This document shows, piece after piece, positions 29,750 to 39,269 of a DNA stretch of 64,000 bases. Below the pieces are notes generated by a model. That model was not told where the DNA came from. It did not search any database and saw only the letters and a list, made by a program, of their open reading frames with translations. A program made the translations under genes and the position numbers. The DNA is from an uncultured delta proteobacterium (GTDB taxonomy: Bacteria; Desulfobacterota; Binatia; Binatales; Binataceae): contig CAVQEQ010000001.1 of assembly GCA_963711565.1 (NCBI GenBank), positions 608,001 through 672,000 of the forward strand, in the 5' to 3' direction. Each line of letters begins with the position of its first letter. The first letter of the stretch is position 1.

Positions 29750-31297
29750 CTAATGAGAGGGTTCGCCGGTGTCCGGTTTGAGGAATAGAGGAGGAGTGCG
29801 ATGGTGCCCGGTGAAATCGAACAGGTTGGTGAGCTGGCCGGCGATTGCGTCAAAGGAGCCTCCGCCAATCCTGCTAAGTGACCAGTTGTCTTCGATGAAG
29901 CGCGTGATTGAGGTCAGGTCGGTGATCGTATGGTCAACGGAATTCGGCCTCGCATAAGGCGAGATGACCAGCAACGGCAATCGCGGACCATAACCGCATC
30001 GCAACTCCGCGTGCCCCAGCGAAGGATCGCCTGACCCGCAGATTCCCATCCCGCTTAGCGCATCGAGAGGCGAGGTCGAACCGTTGAAGATAGGACTCAT
30101 CTGATGATCATAGTCACCATCGCTGTCGTCGAAGGCGATCACGATAGCCATGCTCTTCCACTGCCGCGTTTTCTCAAGCGCGTTGATTGTCTGGACCAGG
30201 AACATCTGCTCGTTCAGCGGATCCGAAATGCCGCCCGCATGACCGGTTTGATAGCGCACCGCTTTGACATAGCTAACCGCCGGCAGGTTATTGGCATTGG
30301 CAGCGGCCAGCAGGTCGTCCAGGTCGTACTCATGGTTGGCCGGGCCGGGATGCCCTATTTCGGAGACGTCGGCGGGCCGCGTGTGAGCCAAGTTGCTGCT
30401 CTGAGGATAGTACTGAAACGGAGTGTACTGGCCGTTGTAGTCGGCGATCAGCATGCCACTTATGGGATTGGTATGGCTACGCATACATCCTGTAGTGCCG
30501 TTAGGATTGACCGTCTGTAGGTTGAAACCGCCCTCGAAGGATCCCCAGCTTATCGCCTTATCATTCAACAGGTCGCCAATGTTCCTTCCCGCCATTTGAA
30601 CCGTCTGGGGAGCGCTGGCGAAGCATACGTCGCCGGTCGGCTGCGCATTGGCGACAAGAGTGCCATCCAGAACGACCTTGGTATTAGGCGGAGTCGCTGT
30701 TGCACCGTTGGTTTGGCCCGAAACCAGGTTGATATGTCCTAGCAAGGTGCTACCAAAGGTGGTGCCATAAGAGTTATCACTCATTGCAAAATGCTGCGCG
30801 TAATTCCACAACGCGGTCACGGTGTTACCGTCGAAATAGCCCATCACGAACGCACTGCCATAACCGTAATCGGGGCATCCTGGCGGAAGCTTAGTAAAGG
30901 GAGGGAACTTGTCCATCAGGCCCATATCGAACTGCTGCTGCTCGGCGAGGTAACCGTTGTCGCCGTCGCAGGTGAAACCTTGCGAGCGATCGTAGCGAAA
31001 CGGATTTACCCCGTTAGGATTGAAGTTTAGCAGCGTCGGCGTTAGTCCGTTAACCGACGGCGTGTCGTGAGCGGGATGGAACTCAGGCTCACCGGGAGGA
31101 TTGGCGGCGTTGGGATAAGTCCCGAAGTAGTGATCAAAGGTCTCGTTTTCCTGGAAAATAATTACCAGATGCTTGATAGGTGTGGTGGTAGAAAAACCGT
31201 CCGCTTCGTCGGCGATCGCTTGCTTCACCGATATAGTCGTGACCAGTGCCAGGACCGAAACAATCGCGCACAGCAATCTGGAAATCGATCGATACAT
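29750..31297 (-). CDS. Secreted phosphoesterase (phospholipase C / AcpA-like)
   Basis: Signal peptide; TPIKHLVIIFQENETFDHYFG, MGYFD, FAMSDN, DDSDG.YDH, GPRLPLLVISP. Confidence 0.9.
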   Translation of the reverse strand: MYRSISRLLCAIVSVLALVTTISVKQAIADEADGFSTTTPIKHLVIIFQENETFDHYFGTYPNAANPPGEPEFHPAHDTPSVNGLTPTLLNFNPNGVNPFRYDRSQGFTCDGDNGYLAEQQQFDMGLMDKFPPFTKLPPGCPDYGYGSAFVMGYFDGNTVTALWNYAQHFAMSDNSYGTTFGSTLLGHINLVSGQTNGATATPPNTKVVLDGTLVANAQPTGDVCFASAPQTVQMAGRNIGDLLNDKAISWGSFEGGFNLQTVNPNGTTGCMRSHTNPISGMLIADYNGQYTPFQYYPQSSNLAHTRPADVSEIGHPGPANHEYDLDDLLAAANANNLPAVSYVKAVRYQTGHAGGISDPLNEQMFLVQTINALEKTRQWKSMAIVIAFDDSDGDYDHQMSPIFNGSTSPLDALSGMGICGSGDPSLGHAELRCGYGPRLPLLVISPYARPNSVDHTITDLTSITRFIEDNWSLSRIGGGSFDAIAGQLTNLFDFTGHHRTPPLFLKPDTGEPSH

Positions 31298-31370
31298 TTA
31301 GGTCCTCTTCGGAGCGCATGGCCTAGTCAAAATCGGCAAGTGGTAATAGATTCAATTGAGCGATATTTTA

Positions 31371-32656
31371 ATGGTTGGCAGTACCCTTATAGTGGATACA
31401 GAAGCAAAAAGCGAAGCCGTCCTTTCGGAAATACCGGAGATCTCGCGCGAGGAACTCCGGCGCGGCTTCACGACCCGTCGCTCACGATCGTTGATGTCTT
31501 ACCCGCCGAGTCTTACGCTGCGGGGCACGTTCCAGGCGCGGTCAGCATTCCGCTCGAACTGGTCGCCAGCCGCGCGCCGGAACTTCTTCCCGATCACGCC
31601 GCGGAAATAGTTGTCTACTGCGGGAAGCTGACGTGCGACCGCAGCGAGCAGGCACTCGAGCAACTGCACAAACTCAGCTACTCGAATGTGCGCGACTATC
31701 GCGCCGGAATTGCCGACTGGGTGGAATCGGGGGAACCGACCGAGAGCATCGCTGAAGCCGCCTCCAAGCCGGATGCCGCGGCGGCGATTCTGGCAGGACC
31801 TCCGTTGACAGTTTCGCCCACCGGAGAAATCGGCCGACTCCCCGCACGCCTGTCGCAGATGCGTCGGTGGGACAACTCGGTGCTGGGCCTGGTTCAGCGG
31901 CAGTCCACTTTGCAGTTGTTCCTCCTCTGGCTCGCTATGATCCTGCTGTCCGGCGCCGGGTACTGGTTAGGTGCGCTGGCCGGCGAACACGGGCTGGTCG
32001 AGGCGGGCGTCCCGGTTGGCGCCGACCTGAAAGGTTTTGCCGGCGCGATTTATTTCAGCTTCGTAACCGCGACTTCCGTCGGTTATGGCGACATCGTTCC
32101 CGTCGGGTTCGCGCGCGCAATCGCGGTCGCGGAAGCAATCAGTGCGCTACTCATCTTCGGCGCGGTGGTCGCCAAGTTCGTTTCGCATCGGCAGGAAGAG
32201 CTGGTGCTCGAAATACACCGCGTCACGTTTGAAGAACGACTCGCTCGTGTCCAGACAAATTTCAGCATGGTGATTTCCGAACTACTGTCGATCCAGGCGA
32301 TGTGCGACGCACAGGCGCCGCTCAATGGAGTCGGCACGCGGTTGGACAGCGCGGCGCTGATCTTCCTCGGTGAGGTGCGAGCGATTCACGATCTCCTGTA
32401 TCAGCCGCGGCTGATCGTTGAGGAAGGCGTCCTGGCCACCATTCTCGCCCTCCTGGCCTCTGCGATGAACGTATTGTCGGAGCTCTTGAGTCACTTGCCG
32501 CCGACATTCGTGCGCTCACAGCCGTTGGAGATAGCGCTCGAGAACTTGACGCGCCTCGCTGGCGACATCTGCAGCACCTGCGTGCCTCACGAATATACAC
32601 CGCGGCTCGTATTCTGGATGGACCGCATCCAGACGACCGCGCGGAAAATCAAGTAA
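31371..32656 (+). CDS. Rhodanese-domain / 2-TM potassium channel fusion; 1-nt frameshift near 31460 (start uncertain)
   Basis: Frame of ORF 31356 gives EISREELRR; frame of ORF 31067 continues RLHDPSLTIVDVLP..GHVPGA..VYCGKLTCDRS..GIADW, then TM1, YFSFVTATSVGYGD and TM2. Confidence 0.82.
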
Positions 32657-32664
32657 GGCCGCGC

Positions 32665-34176
32665 ATGCCGCTCCCGAAGTTCGCAGATATCGTCGTCATC
32701 GGCGGCGGCACCGCTGGCGCGGCAATCGCGGGTCTGCTCGCAGAGCATTCCGAGCAGTCAGTGCTGTTGCTCGAGGCCGGTCCGGACTATGGTCCGTTCG
32801 CTGCGGGACGATGGCCCGCGGAGCTTACCGATGCGGGCGCGATACCCACCACGCACGACTGGGGCTACCACAGCGGCGAGCATTATGCGCCACGCGTGAT
32901 CGGCTACGAGCGCGCTCGCGTGATCGGCGGATGCTCGTCGCACAATGGATGCGCCGCGATCTGGGGCAGCCGCGTCGATTACGACGGATGGGCCGCGCTC
33001 GGAAATCCGGGATGGTCAACGGACGAACTGCGTCCGCTGTTTCGTGCCGCCGCCGACCGTCTGCGGGTCAGGATTCCCGAGCCGGGCGAGATAACTCCCT
33101 TCCAGCGCGCAACCTTGCGCGCCGCCGCCGAAGCCGGAATCCCGCGCGTAGCTGATCTCAACAATCTCGATGAGAACCTTGGGATGGCGCCGAGTCCGGC
33201 AAACATCGTGAACGGCGTTCGTTGGAACACCGCTTTCGCCTATCTCGATCCGGTCCGCGATCGATCAAATCTGACTATTGTCGGCAACTCGCCGTGCGAC
33301 CGCCTCGAAATCATCTCGGGACGCGTGAACGCCATAATCGTCGCTGGACGCGAAGGTCCGGTTCGCGTTGAGGCGGGACGAGTGATCGTGGCGGCGGGAA
33401 CCTACGGCTCTCCCGCGATTCTTCTGCGCTCAGGGATCGGCGATGCATCTGAACTGCACTCCGTCAGCATCGCGTCAACTCTCGACCTGCCCGGAGTCGG
33501 CCGCAACCTTCATGATCATCCGCGGGTTTCGCTGAGCTATGCGGGGACGCGCGAGCTCGAAGAGATGACGACCGCGTTTGCGCGCGACCATTGGATGCCG
33601 GAGGAGCAAACGATCGCCAAGGCGCAATCCTTGCGATGCACGCGAGCGTTTGATCTGCACATCTATCCGGTCGGCGGTCCCGACAACACAACGCCAACCG
33701 GATGGCGATGGACGATCGAAGTCGCGTGCATGACGCCACGCTCTCGCGGCGCGCTCAGGATTACGAGCGTGGACAGCGGCGTGCCTCCGATCATCGACCA
33801 TCGCTACTTGTCCGATCCCGAGGGCGAAGATTTGCATGTGCTCGCCGACGGCGTCGCGCTGGCTCGCGAGATAGCCGCGAGACCCGCGCTGTCCCGGCTT
33901 GTGGGTAAAAAGATTGCACCGGACAGCAGCGTCGCGACGCGCGACCCGCTCGAGACGTTCATCAGGGCCAATTGTCTCCACTACTACCATCCGGTGGGGA
34001 CGTGCATGATGGGCCCGGCGAGCGATCGTGCCGCCGTCGTCGATTCGCGCGGCAGAATTCACGGGCTCGACAACGCTTACGTCGCTGACGCATCGATTAT
34101 GCCGATCATACCTCGCGCGAACACCAACGTTCCGGCGCTGGTCGTCGGCGAGCGAATCGCGCGCTGGTTGTTTTGA
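32665..34176 (+). CDS. GMC-family FAD oxidoreductase (choline dehydrogenase-like)
   Basis: GGGTAG, LEAG, GGCSSHN, GVGRNLHDH, YYHPVGTC, DASIMP, NTN. Confidence 0.92.
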   Translation: MPLPKFADIVVIGGGTAGAAIAGLLAEHSEQSVLLLEAGPDYGPFAAGRWPAELTDAGAIPTTHDWGYHSGEHYAPRVIGYERARVIGGCSSHNGCAAIWGSRVDYDGWAALGNPGWSTDELRPLFRAAADRLRVRIPEPGEITPFQRATLRAAAEAGIPRVADLNNLDENLGMAPSPANIVNGVRWNTAFAYLDPVRDRSNLTIVGNSPCDRLEIISGRVNAIIVAGREGPVRVEAGRVIVAAGTYGSPAILLRSGIGDASELHSVSIASTLDLPGVGRNLHDHPRVSLSYAGTRELEEMTTAFARDHWMPEEQTIAKAQSLRCTRAFDLHIYPVGGPDNTTPTGWRWTIEVACMTPRSRGALRITSVDSGVPPIIDHRYLSDPEGEDLHVLADGVALAREIAARPALSRLVGKKIAPDSSVATRDPLETFIRANCLHYYHPVGTCMMGPASDRAAVVDSRGRIHGLDNAYVADASIMPIIPRANTNVPALVVGERIARWLF

Positions 34177-34292
34177 ACGTCGTAAGCGTCCGCATCCTTT
34201 CTCCGCAAAAAACCGGCCTGCACAACAGGGGGGCGCCAACCCGTTCACTGGACAGCTGGAGGGGTCGATCCCAACCTGGCCAGTTCCAACAT

Positions 34293-34735
34293 CTAACGGC
34301 GCTTCATCATGCGATGGTCAACGCGCGCAACCACCTTGCCATTCTGATTGATCAGCGTAGATCGGATCACGGCAAATACCATCGTGCCGGTACGGCCGGT
34401 TTTCTCGTAGATATCTTTCAGTTCGGACGACACGCGAATTGAGTCGCCAGCCGAATCGGCGCCTCAAGCTCGAAGTCGATTCCGCCCATGAGCCCGCCGC
34501 CGCCGAAGCGCGGGATTTGATCGAAAACTTTGTCTGCGTAGCGAAATGAGGCGACGAACGCCGGCGGAGCGATGATTTCACCGTATGGGCCCGCCTTGGC
34601 TGCCTCCGGATCGACGTACAACGGATTGTGCTCGCCGACTGCGGCACAGAAGCTGGCGATCCTTTCTGCCGTCACGAGGTAGGGCGCACCCGCCTCGAAA
34701 GTGGCGCCCATCAGTTTTAAGTCGTCGTGTCGCAT
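34293..34735 (-). CDS. MaoC/FAS1-like hot-dog dehydratase; 1-nt frameshift near 34450
   Basis: NPLYVDPEAAKAGPYGEIIAPP..PIR; after adding one base it continues GDSIRVSSELKDIYEKTGRTGTMVFAVIRSTLINQNGKVVA to TAG at 34293-34295. Confidence 0.82.
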
Positions 34736-34746
34736 CGTTCGACCAG

Positions 34747-35749
34747 TCAGATGCTTAACACCTTGGTTAAGAGGCCGGCCGTATGATCGCGAGCTGCCAG
34801 GTATTCTGCGAGGGTCCGGTCTACGAGTTCTGCCGCGCTTTGGATCCTATCTACGCCGGAGATCGAATGACCGGCGCTCCAGATGTCTTTGTAGCGCCGC
34901 GGTCCCTCGATTTCGGACTTACTGCTGAACTTTTTCGCAGCCTCTTCATTCGACAGGCGCGGCGGCAGCGTCGATGGATCGAGTCCCGCGGCAATCATTG
35001 AAGGCCGCAGCATGTTGGTGTCCAGGCCCGTGAATGCCTGGGTGAGCATCACGTCGTCCGTGCCCGACTCGACCAACATCTTCTTGTATCCCGGTGGCGC
35101 CATGCTCTCATGCGTCGCGATGAACTTCGTCCCCATGTAAGCAAGGTCGCAACCTAGAACCTCGGCAGCCCAGAGCGCATGACCGTCCGAGATTCCGCCG
35201 GCTGAGTACGATCGGTCCGGCGAACATCGCGCGCACTGCGCGGACGAAGGCTAGCGGATTGAGCCACCCGGTCTGCCCGCCCGCGCCCGCGGTCAGCAGG
35301 ATGAGGCCATCGACGCCCGCGACGATAGCTCTCTCAGTATGGTGAAGCGTCGCCACGTCCGCGAACACGATGCATCCAACGTCGTGCAGAGGTTTGATCG
35401 CTTCGGCGGGCGAGCCGACGCTCGTGATAACCATCTCGACACGATGCTTCACCAGCGCCTGCAGTTCGTCACGCATTTGCGCTCGTTTGATGATCAGGTT
35501 GGGGCAGAACGGTGCGGTAGGCCGATCGGCATTTTCGTCCGCCGCGCGGGCGAGATCACTTTTGATTTGTGTGAGCCATGCATCGACGCCCTCGATGGTT
35601 CGAGCATTAGCGAGCGGAAACGAACCGATCACACCCGCCTTGCATGCTGCTATTGCGAGATCAGGTCCAGAAACCGAGAGCATTGGAGCGGCGATCAATG
35701 GGAGCCGCAGCCGTTTCGCGATTTTATCCGTCAGACGATTCGACATCAT
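34747..35749 (-). CDS. Nitronate monooxygenase / FabK-like FMN enzyme; 1-nt insertion at about 35203
   Basis: LPLIAAPM, AGAGGQTG; removing one A gives GPIVLAGGISDG..YMGTKFIAT, joining ORFs 35108..35749 and 34747..35136. Confidence 0.85.
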
Positions 35750-35752
35750 CGT

Positions 35753-36904
35753 TCACGCGCCCTTCTGCAGAATATGAACGACGCAAACCGCGCCCACGCC
35801 GACCATGTGCGCGAGCCCGGTTTTTGCGTTCGGCTGTTGCCGCACGCCCGCTTCGCCGCGCAACTGCCGCGTGATTTCGGCGATCTGTCCGGCGCCGGTC
35901 GGACCGATCGGATGGCCCATCGCGAGAAGTCCGCCGGAAGCACTTACTGCGCAGCGTCCACCGATATCGAAATCGCCGGCCGCAATTGCGTGCGCGGCTT
36001 GACCAGGTCCGCATAGACCCAACGCCTCTGTGTACAGCAGCTCTTCGATCGTGAAGGCGTCATGCAATTCCATCAGATCGAGATCGCTGGGTGCGATGCC
36101 GGCTTCGCGGTATGCCTGCTCGACCGTTTCGCGAGTGAGCTCGGCGTCGAAATTTTTCGCGTCGCGATAAACTTGCTCGGTTTTTGTGACCGACGCGATG
36201 ACTCTGACTGCGCGATTGCGATCGATCCCGAGCTCCGCGATCGCATCGTCGGACGTAACGATCACCGCGGCTGCGCCTTCGCCGACGGGGCAGCATTGCA
36301 GGCGCGTCAGCGAGCCGGAAATCGCGGGACCGGCCATCACTTCCTCGAGGGTCACGGCTTTCTGGCGCTGCGCGTAAGGATTGTTCGCGCCGTTGCGATT
36401 GTTCTTGACGGCGACCTGCGCAATTTGTTCCGCGCTCACTCCGTAGCGAGTCATGTATTCCTGCGTGAGCAGCGCGAAGTGGGTGAAAGGTACCACACGA
36501 GAGCCGGCCAGATCGCGCATCCGGGTCTTACCGGGGGCTATCGCGACCGGACCCGGCTTATCCACTCCCACCGCGATCGATACGTCGGTTAATCCGCTCG
36601 CAACGTCGATGCACGCCTGGCGAAATGCGGTCGAGCCGGACGCTGACGCGTTCTCAACCTGCGCCATCGGAATTCCGGTCGCGCCGAGATGACGCAGCAT
36701 CGGTCGCGACGCCGCCATTCCGATCAGCGCCGTGCCGGTGTAAGCCGACTCGACCGATCGCCACTCAAGGGCGGCATCCGCGAGAGCTTCGCGCACCGCG
36801 GTAAGGCCGAGCTTCACGTACGGCGTTTCGCTGAGGCGCTGATATCGATGGAGGCCGATGCCGACCACGTAAACCGGACGCATCTCGCGAAGGTGCTTTT
36901 TCAT
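35753..36904 (-). CDS. SCP2/SCPx-type thiolase-fold protein lacking the canonical nucleophilic Cys
   Basis: VENASASGS, NPYAQ, LQCCP..EGAAA, ELHDAF, SGGLLAMGHPIGPTG. Confidence 0.9.
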   Translation of the reverse strand: MKKHLREMRPVYVVGIGLHRYQRLSETPYVKLGLTAVREALADAALEWRSVESAYTGTALIGMAASRPMLRHLGATGIPMAQVENASASGSTAFRQACIDVASGLTDVSIAVGVDKPGPVAIAPGKTRMRDLAGSRVVPFTHFALLTQEYMTRYGVSAEQIAQVAVKNNRNGANNPYAQRQKAVTLEEVMAGPAISGSLTRLQCCPVGEGAAAVIVTSDDAIAELGIDRNRAVRVIASVTKTEQVYRDAKNFDAELTRETVEQAYREAGIAPSDLDLMELHDAFTIEELLYTEALGLCGPGQAAHAIAAGDFDIGGRCAVSASGGLLAMGHPIGPTGAGQIAEITRQLRGEAGVRQQPNAKTGLAHMVGVGAVCVVHILQKGA

Positions 36905-37323
36905 TTGCGTGCCTCAGTCCTGGCGAAGCGCATCTCCACCATCTCGTTGTTGTCCTGATCAGCACCGGCCACGACCAGCACGCTGTTCATGCGGTCGCCG
37001 ATGGCAAGTCCTTCATCGGTGCGGTTGGTCAATAGCGATCGAATAGCAGGCCCGTCGTCAAGGACGATCACGCCGACCGTAAACGGAGCTTCGATGTCTT
37101 TGCCCTGATGGAGATGAACAGTTGCGTACGAATGGAGCCGGCCGCATCCGCGCAATTCCGCGGCCGCGAGCTTTTCGGGCGGCGCGCCGCATGATTCGCA
37201 TCCGTAACGCTGCGGAGGGAAGAAGACATAGCCACACACGCGACACTTGCCGCCATTCAGCGCAGGATTGTCGGCGGTGTCTGGCGAGTAGAGTTCAGGT
37301 TGCACGGCTTTTCGATTAGGCAT
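36901..37323 (-). CDS. DUF35 Zn-ribbon/OB-fold acyl-CoA-associated protein
   Basis: CRVCG..FFPP..CESCG, GRLHSYAT, PFTVGVIVLDDG; ATGA-coupled to the thiolase-fold gene. Confidence 0.9.
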   Translation of the reverse strand: MPNRKAVQPELYSPDTADNPALNGGKCRVCGYVFFPPQRYGCESCGAPPEKLAAAELRGCGRLHSYATVHLHQGKDIEAPFTVGVIVLDDGPAIRSLLTNRTDEGLAIGDRMNSVLVVAGADQDNNEMVEMRFARTEARK

Positions 37324-37368
37324 GGATTTCTCCGGCCCGATGATACGATGAATTTTTTTCGCGCGTCA

Positions 37369-37394
37369 ATACTTGCAAGCTAACCAGCAAGTAT
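37369..37394. promoter_or_regulatory. Candidate TetR operator between divergent operons
   Basis: Inverted repeat ATACTTGC-N10-GCAAGTAT in the AT-rich divergent spacer. Confidence 0.6.
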
Positions 37395-37410
37395 ATATCG
37401 TTGGCCCTCG

Positions 37411-38055
37411 ATGGCAATCTCGACTCAATCAAAGCGCGCGCCACGCCGGCGCCGCACACAAGCTCAGCGGCGAGAACTGTCCGATCAGCGAATGATCGAC
37501 GCAGCGTTCAAACTGATCGAACGCCAGGGCGGCAGCCGGACAACGCTGGTGGAAATCGGCGAGTTGTCGGGCTACAGCCACGGACTCGTCACCCATCGCT
37601 TCGGAACGAAGGGCGCGCTGGTACGCGCGGTGACCGACCGCCTGCAACGTGAGTTCGTAAAAATGCTGGAGCCCGCCTTGTCGGGGCTGCACGGAATGCA
37701 AGCCCTGATAGTTACCGCGGAAACATATTTGCGCGCGGCCGCGGCGAGCGATCGCAACGCGATGTACGTCTTGATCGGCGAGGCGCTTGGTCCGCTGCGC
37801 GAGATTCGAGGCGAGATGGCCGCGGCGGACCAAAAGTTCCGGACGTCGGTGCAGAAGTTGATCGAGGAAGGGGTGCGACTCGGAGAGATTCGCCCCGATG
37901 TCGATCCGGCCGCATACTCGGCGCTGTTTATAGGAATGCTGCGAGGATTGGTGGTGCAGCATCTGATGAAGCCGCGAGCCTTCGACATAGACCGCGTCTG
38001 TCGCGAGCTGATCCTGAGTGTCGAGCGAAACCTGAGGCCGGCCGATGCTCGATGA
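37411..38055 (+). CDS. TetR-family transcriptional regulator
   Basis: RTQAQRR..MIDAA, TTLVEIGELSGYSHGLVTHRFGTK HTH; C-terminal GEIRPDVD. Confidence 0.92.
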   Translation: MAISTQSKRAPRRRRTQAQRRELSDQRMIDAAFKLIERQGGSRTTLVEIGELSGYSHGLVTHRFGTKGALVRAVTDRLQREFVKMLEPALSGLHGMQALIVTAETYLRAAAASDRNAMYVLIGEALGPLREIRGEMAAADQKFRTSVQKLIEEGVRLGEIRPDVDPAAYSALFIGMLRGLVVQHLMKPRAFDIDRVCRELILSVERNLRPADAR

Positions 38056-39268
38056 CGTTCGCGTGCTTGAAGTCTCCGCGCCCGCGACGATGCTCGCAGG
38101 GCGGATTCTCGCCGATCTCGGCGCCGACGTCGTCGTGGTTGAACCGCCCGCAGGATCGCCCGGGCGGCGGCTTGCGCCGTTCCTCGACGACCAACCCGGG
38201 ATCGAGCGGAGCCTCACCTGGCACGCGCTGAACTACAACAAACGCGGAATCACGCTTGACCTGTCGACACCAGACGGGAAGTCGTTGATGCGAGACCTCG
38301 CCACGAAATTTGACGTATTAATCGAAGCGACCTGCGCGCGCAGAAAGTCGCCGCTGGACTCGATCCAGTTTGCGCCGCGTACTATCCGATGCACGATCGC
38401 TCCGTTCGCGCGCACCGGCCCGAAGAGCGAATACGCGGCGACGGATTTCACCGTAATGGCGGCGAGCGGTGCGCCGGCGATGACGGGAGATATCGATCGC
38501 CCGCCACTGTTTTTTCCCGTCCCGCAAGCAATGATGGAGGCTGCCGCTGATGCCGCGATCGCGACCCTGGCAGGACTGATCGCGCGCGATCGCGATGGCG
38601 TCGGCCAGCGCGCGGAAGTATCGGCAAGGATCGCCGCGATGATGGGCTCGTTCGGCCAGGCGCTCGTTCCGGGTTCAGGCAATCCGGAGGGCAAACGTTC
38701 ACAAGGCGCGATGGCGATTGCGGGCGTGCAAGTCCCGAGTGTCTATGAATGTGCGGACGGCTTCACACTGATTACGATCGGCTTCGGCCCGGTTTTCGGT
38801 CAGATGACGCAGCGTCTTGCGAAGTGGGCGGCCGAAGAAGGGCACGCGGATCGCAGAATCGCCGAGATAAGCTGGCCGTCGTTCATCGGCGATCTGTCGG
38901 CGCGAAAAACATCGCCATCGGATCTGCAAGCGCTCGTTGATGGGCTCAAGTCGCTCGCACGATCGAAGACCAAGGCTGAGCTGGCGGAAAGCTCGCGGAA
39001 GCTTGGTCTGCTTTCGTCGCCTGTTATGAACATGAGAGACGTCGCCGAGTACCTGCAGTACCGCGAGCGCGGACTTTTCGCGGCGGTAAATCTCGATGCG
39101 GGCCGCGAGATCGACGCGCCAGCGCGCTTTGCACAATTCTCGAACTACTCGATCGAGATCAAACGACCCGCGCCGAAATTGTCTGAACACTCCGCCGGGA
39201 TCTTTGAAGCAGAACTCGGCCTTTCCAAGAATGAAATCCAGGCGCTGTTCGTCGCCGGAGCAATCTAG
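38045..39268 (+). CDS. Family III CoA-transferase subunit, probably non-catalytic (BbsE/F-type pair)
   Basis: LDDVRVLE, LADLGADV..VEPP.G, NKRGITLDL; no Asp at the usual catalytic position. Confidence 0.88.
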   Translation: MLDDVRVLEVSAPATMLAGRILADLGADVVVVEPPAGSPGRRLAPFLDDQPGIERSLTWHALNYNKRGITLDLSTPDGKSLMRDLATKFDVLIEATCARRKSPLDSIQFAPRTIRCTIAPFARTGPKSEYAATDFTVMAASGAPAMTGDIDRPPLFFPVPQAMMEAAADAAIATLAGLIARDRDGVGQRAEVSARIAAMMGSFGQALVPGSGNPEGKRSQGAMAIAGVQVPSVYECADGFTLITIGFGPVFGQMTQRLAKWAAEEGHADRRIAEISWPSFIGDLSARKTSPSDLQALVDGLKSLARSKTKAELAESSRKLGLLSSPVMNMRDVAEYLQYRERGLFAAVNLDAGREIDAPARFAQFSNYSIEIKRPAPKLSEHSAGIFEAELGLSKNEIQALFVAGAI

Positions 39269-39269
39269 G

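Noticed and set aside
31067-31370. N-terminal extension of the 529-aa rhodanese-channel ORF
   Set aside because: It overlaps the divergent phosphoesterase gene; the real N-terminus is in another frame.
32665-34176. MftG / mycofactocin system
   Set aside because: Only generic GMC motifs are present, with no mftA, mftB or mftC nearby. The only radical SAM/SPASM gene in the window is clearly pqqE.
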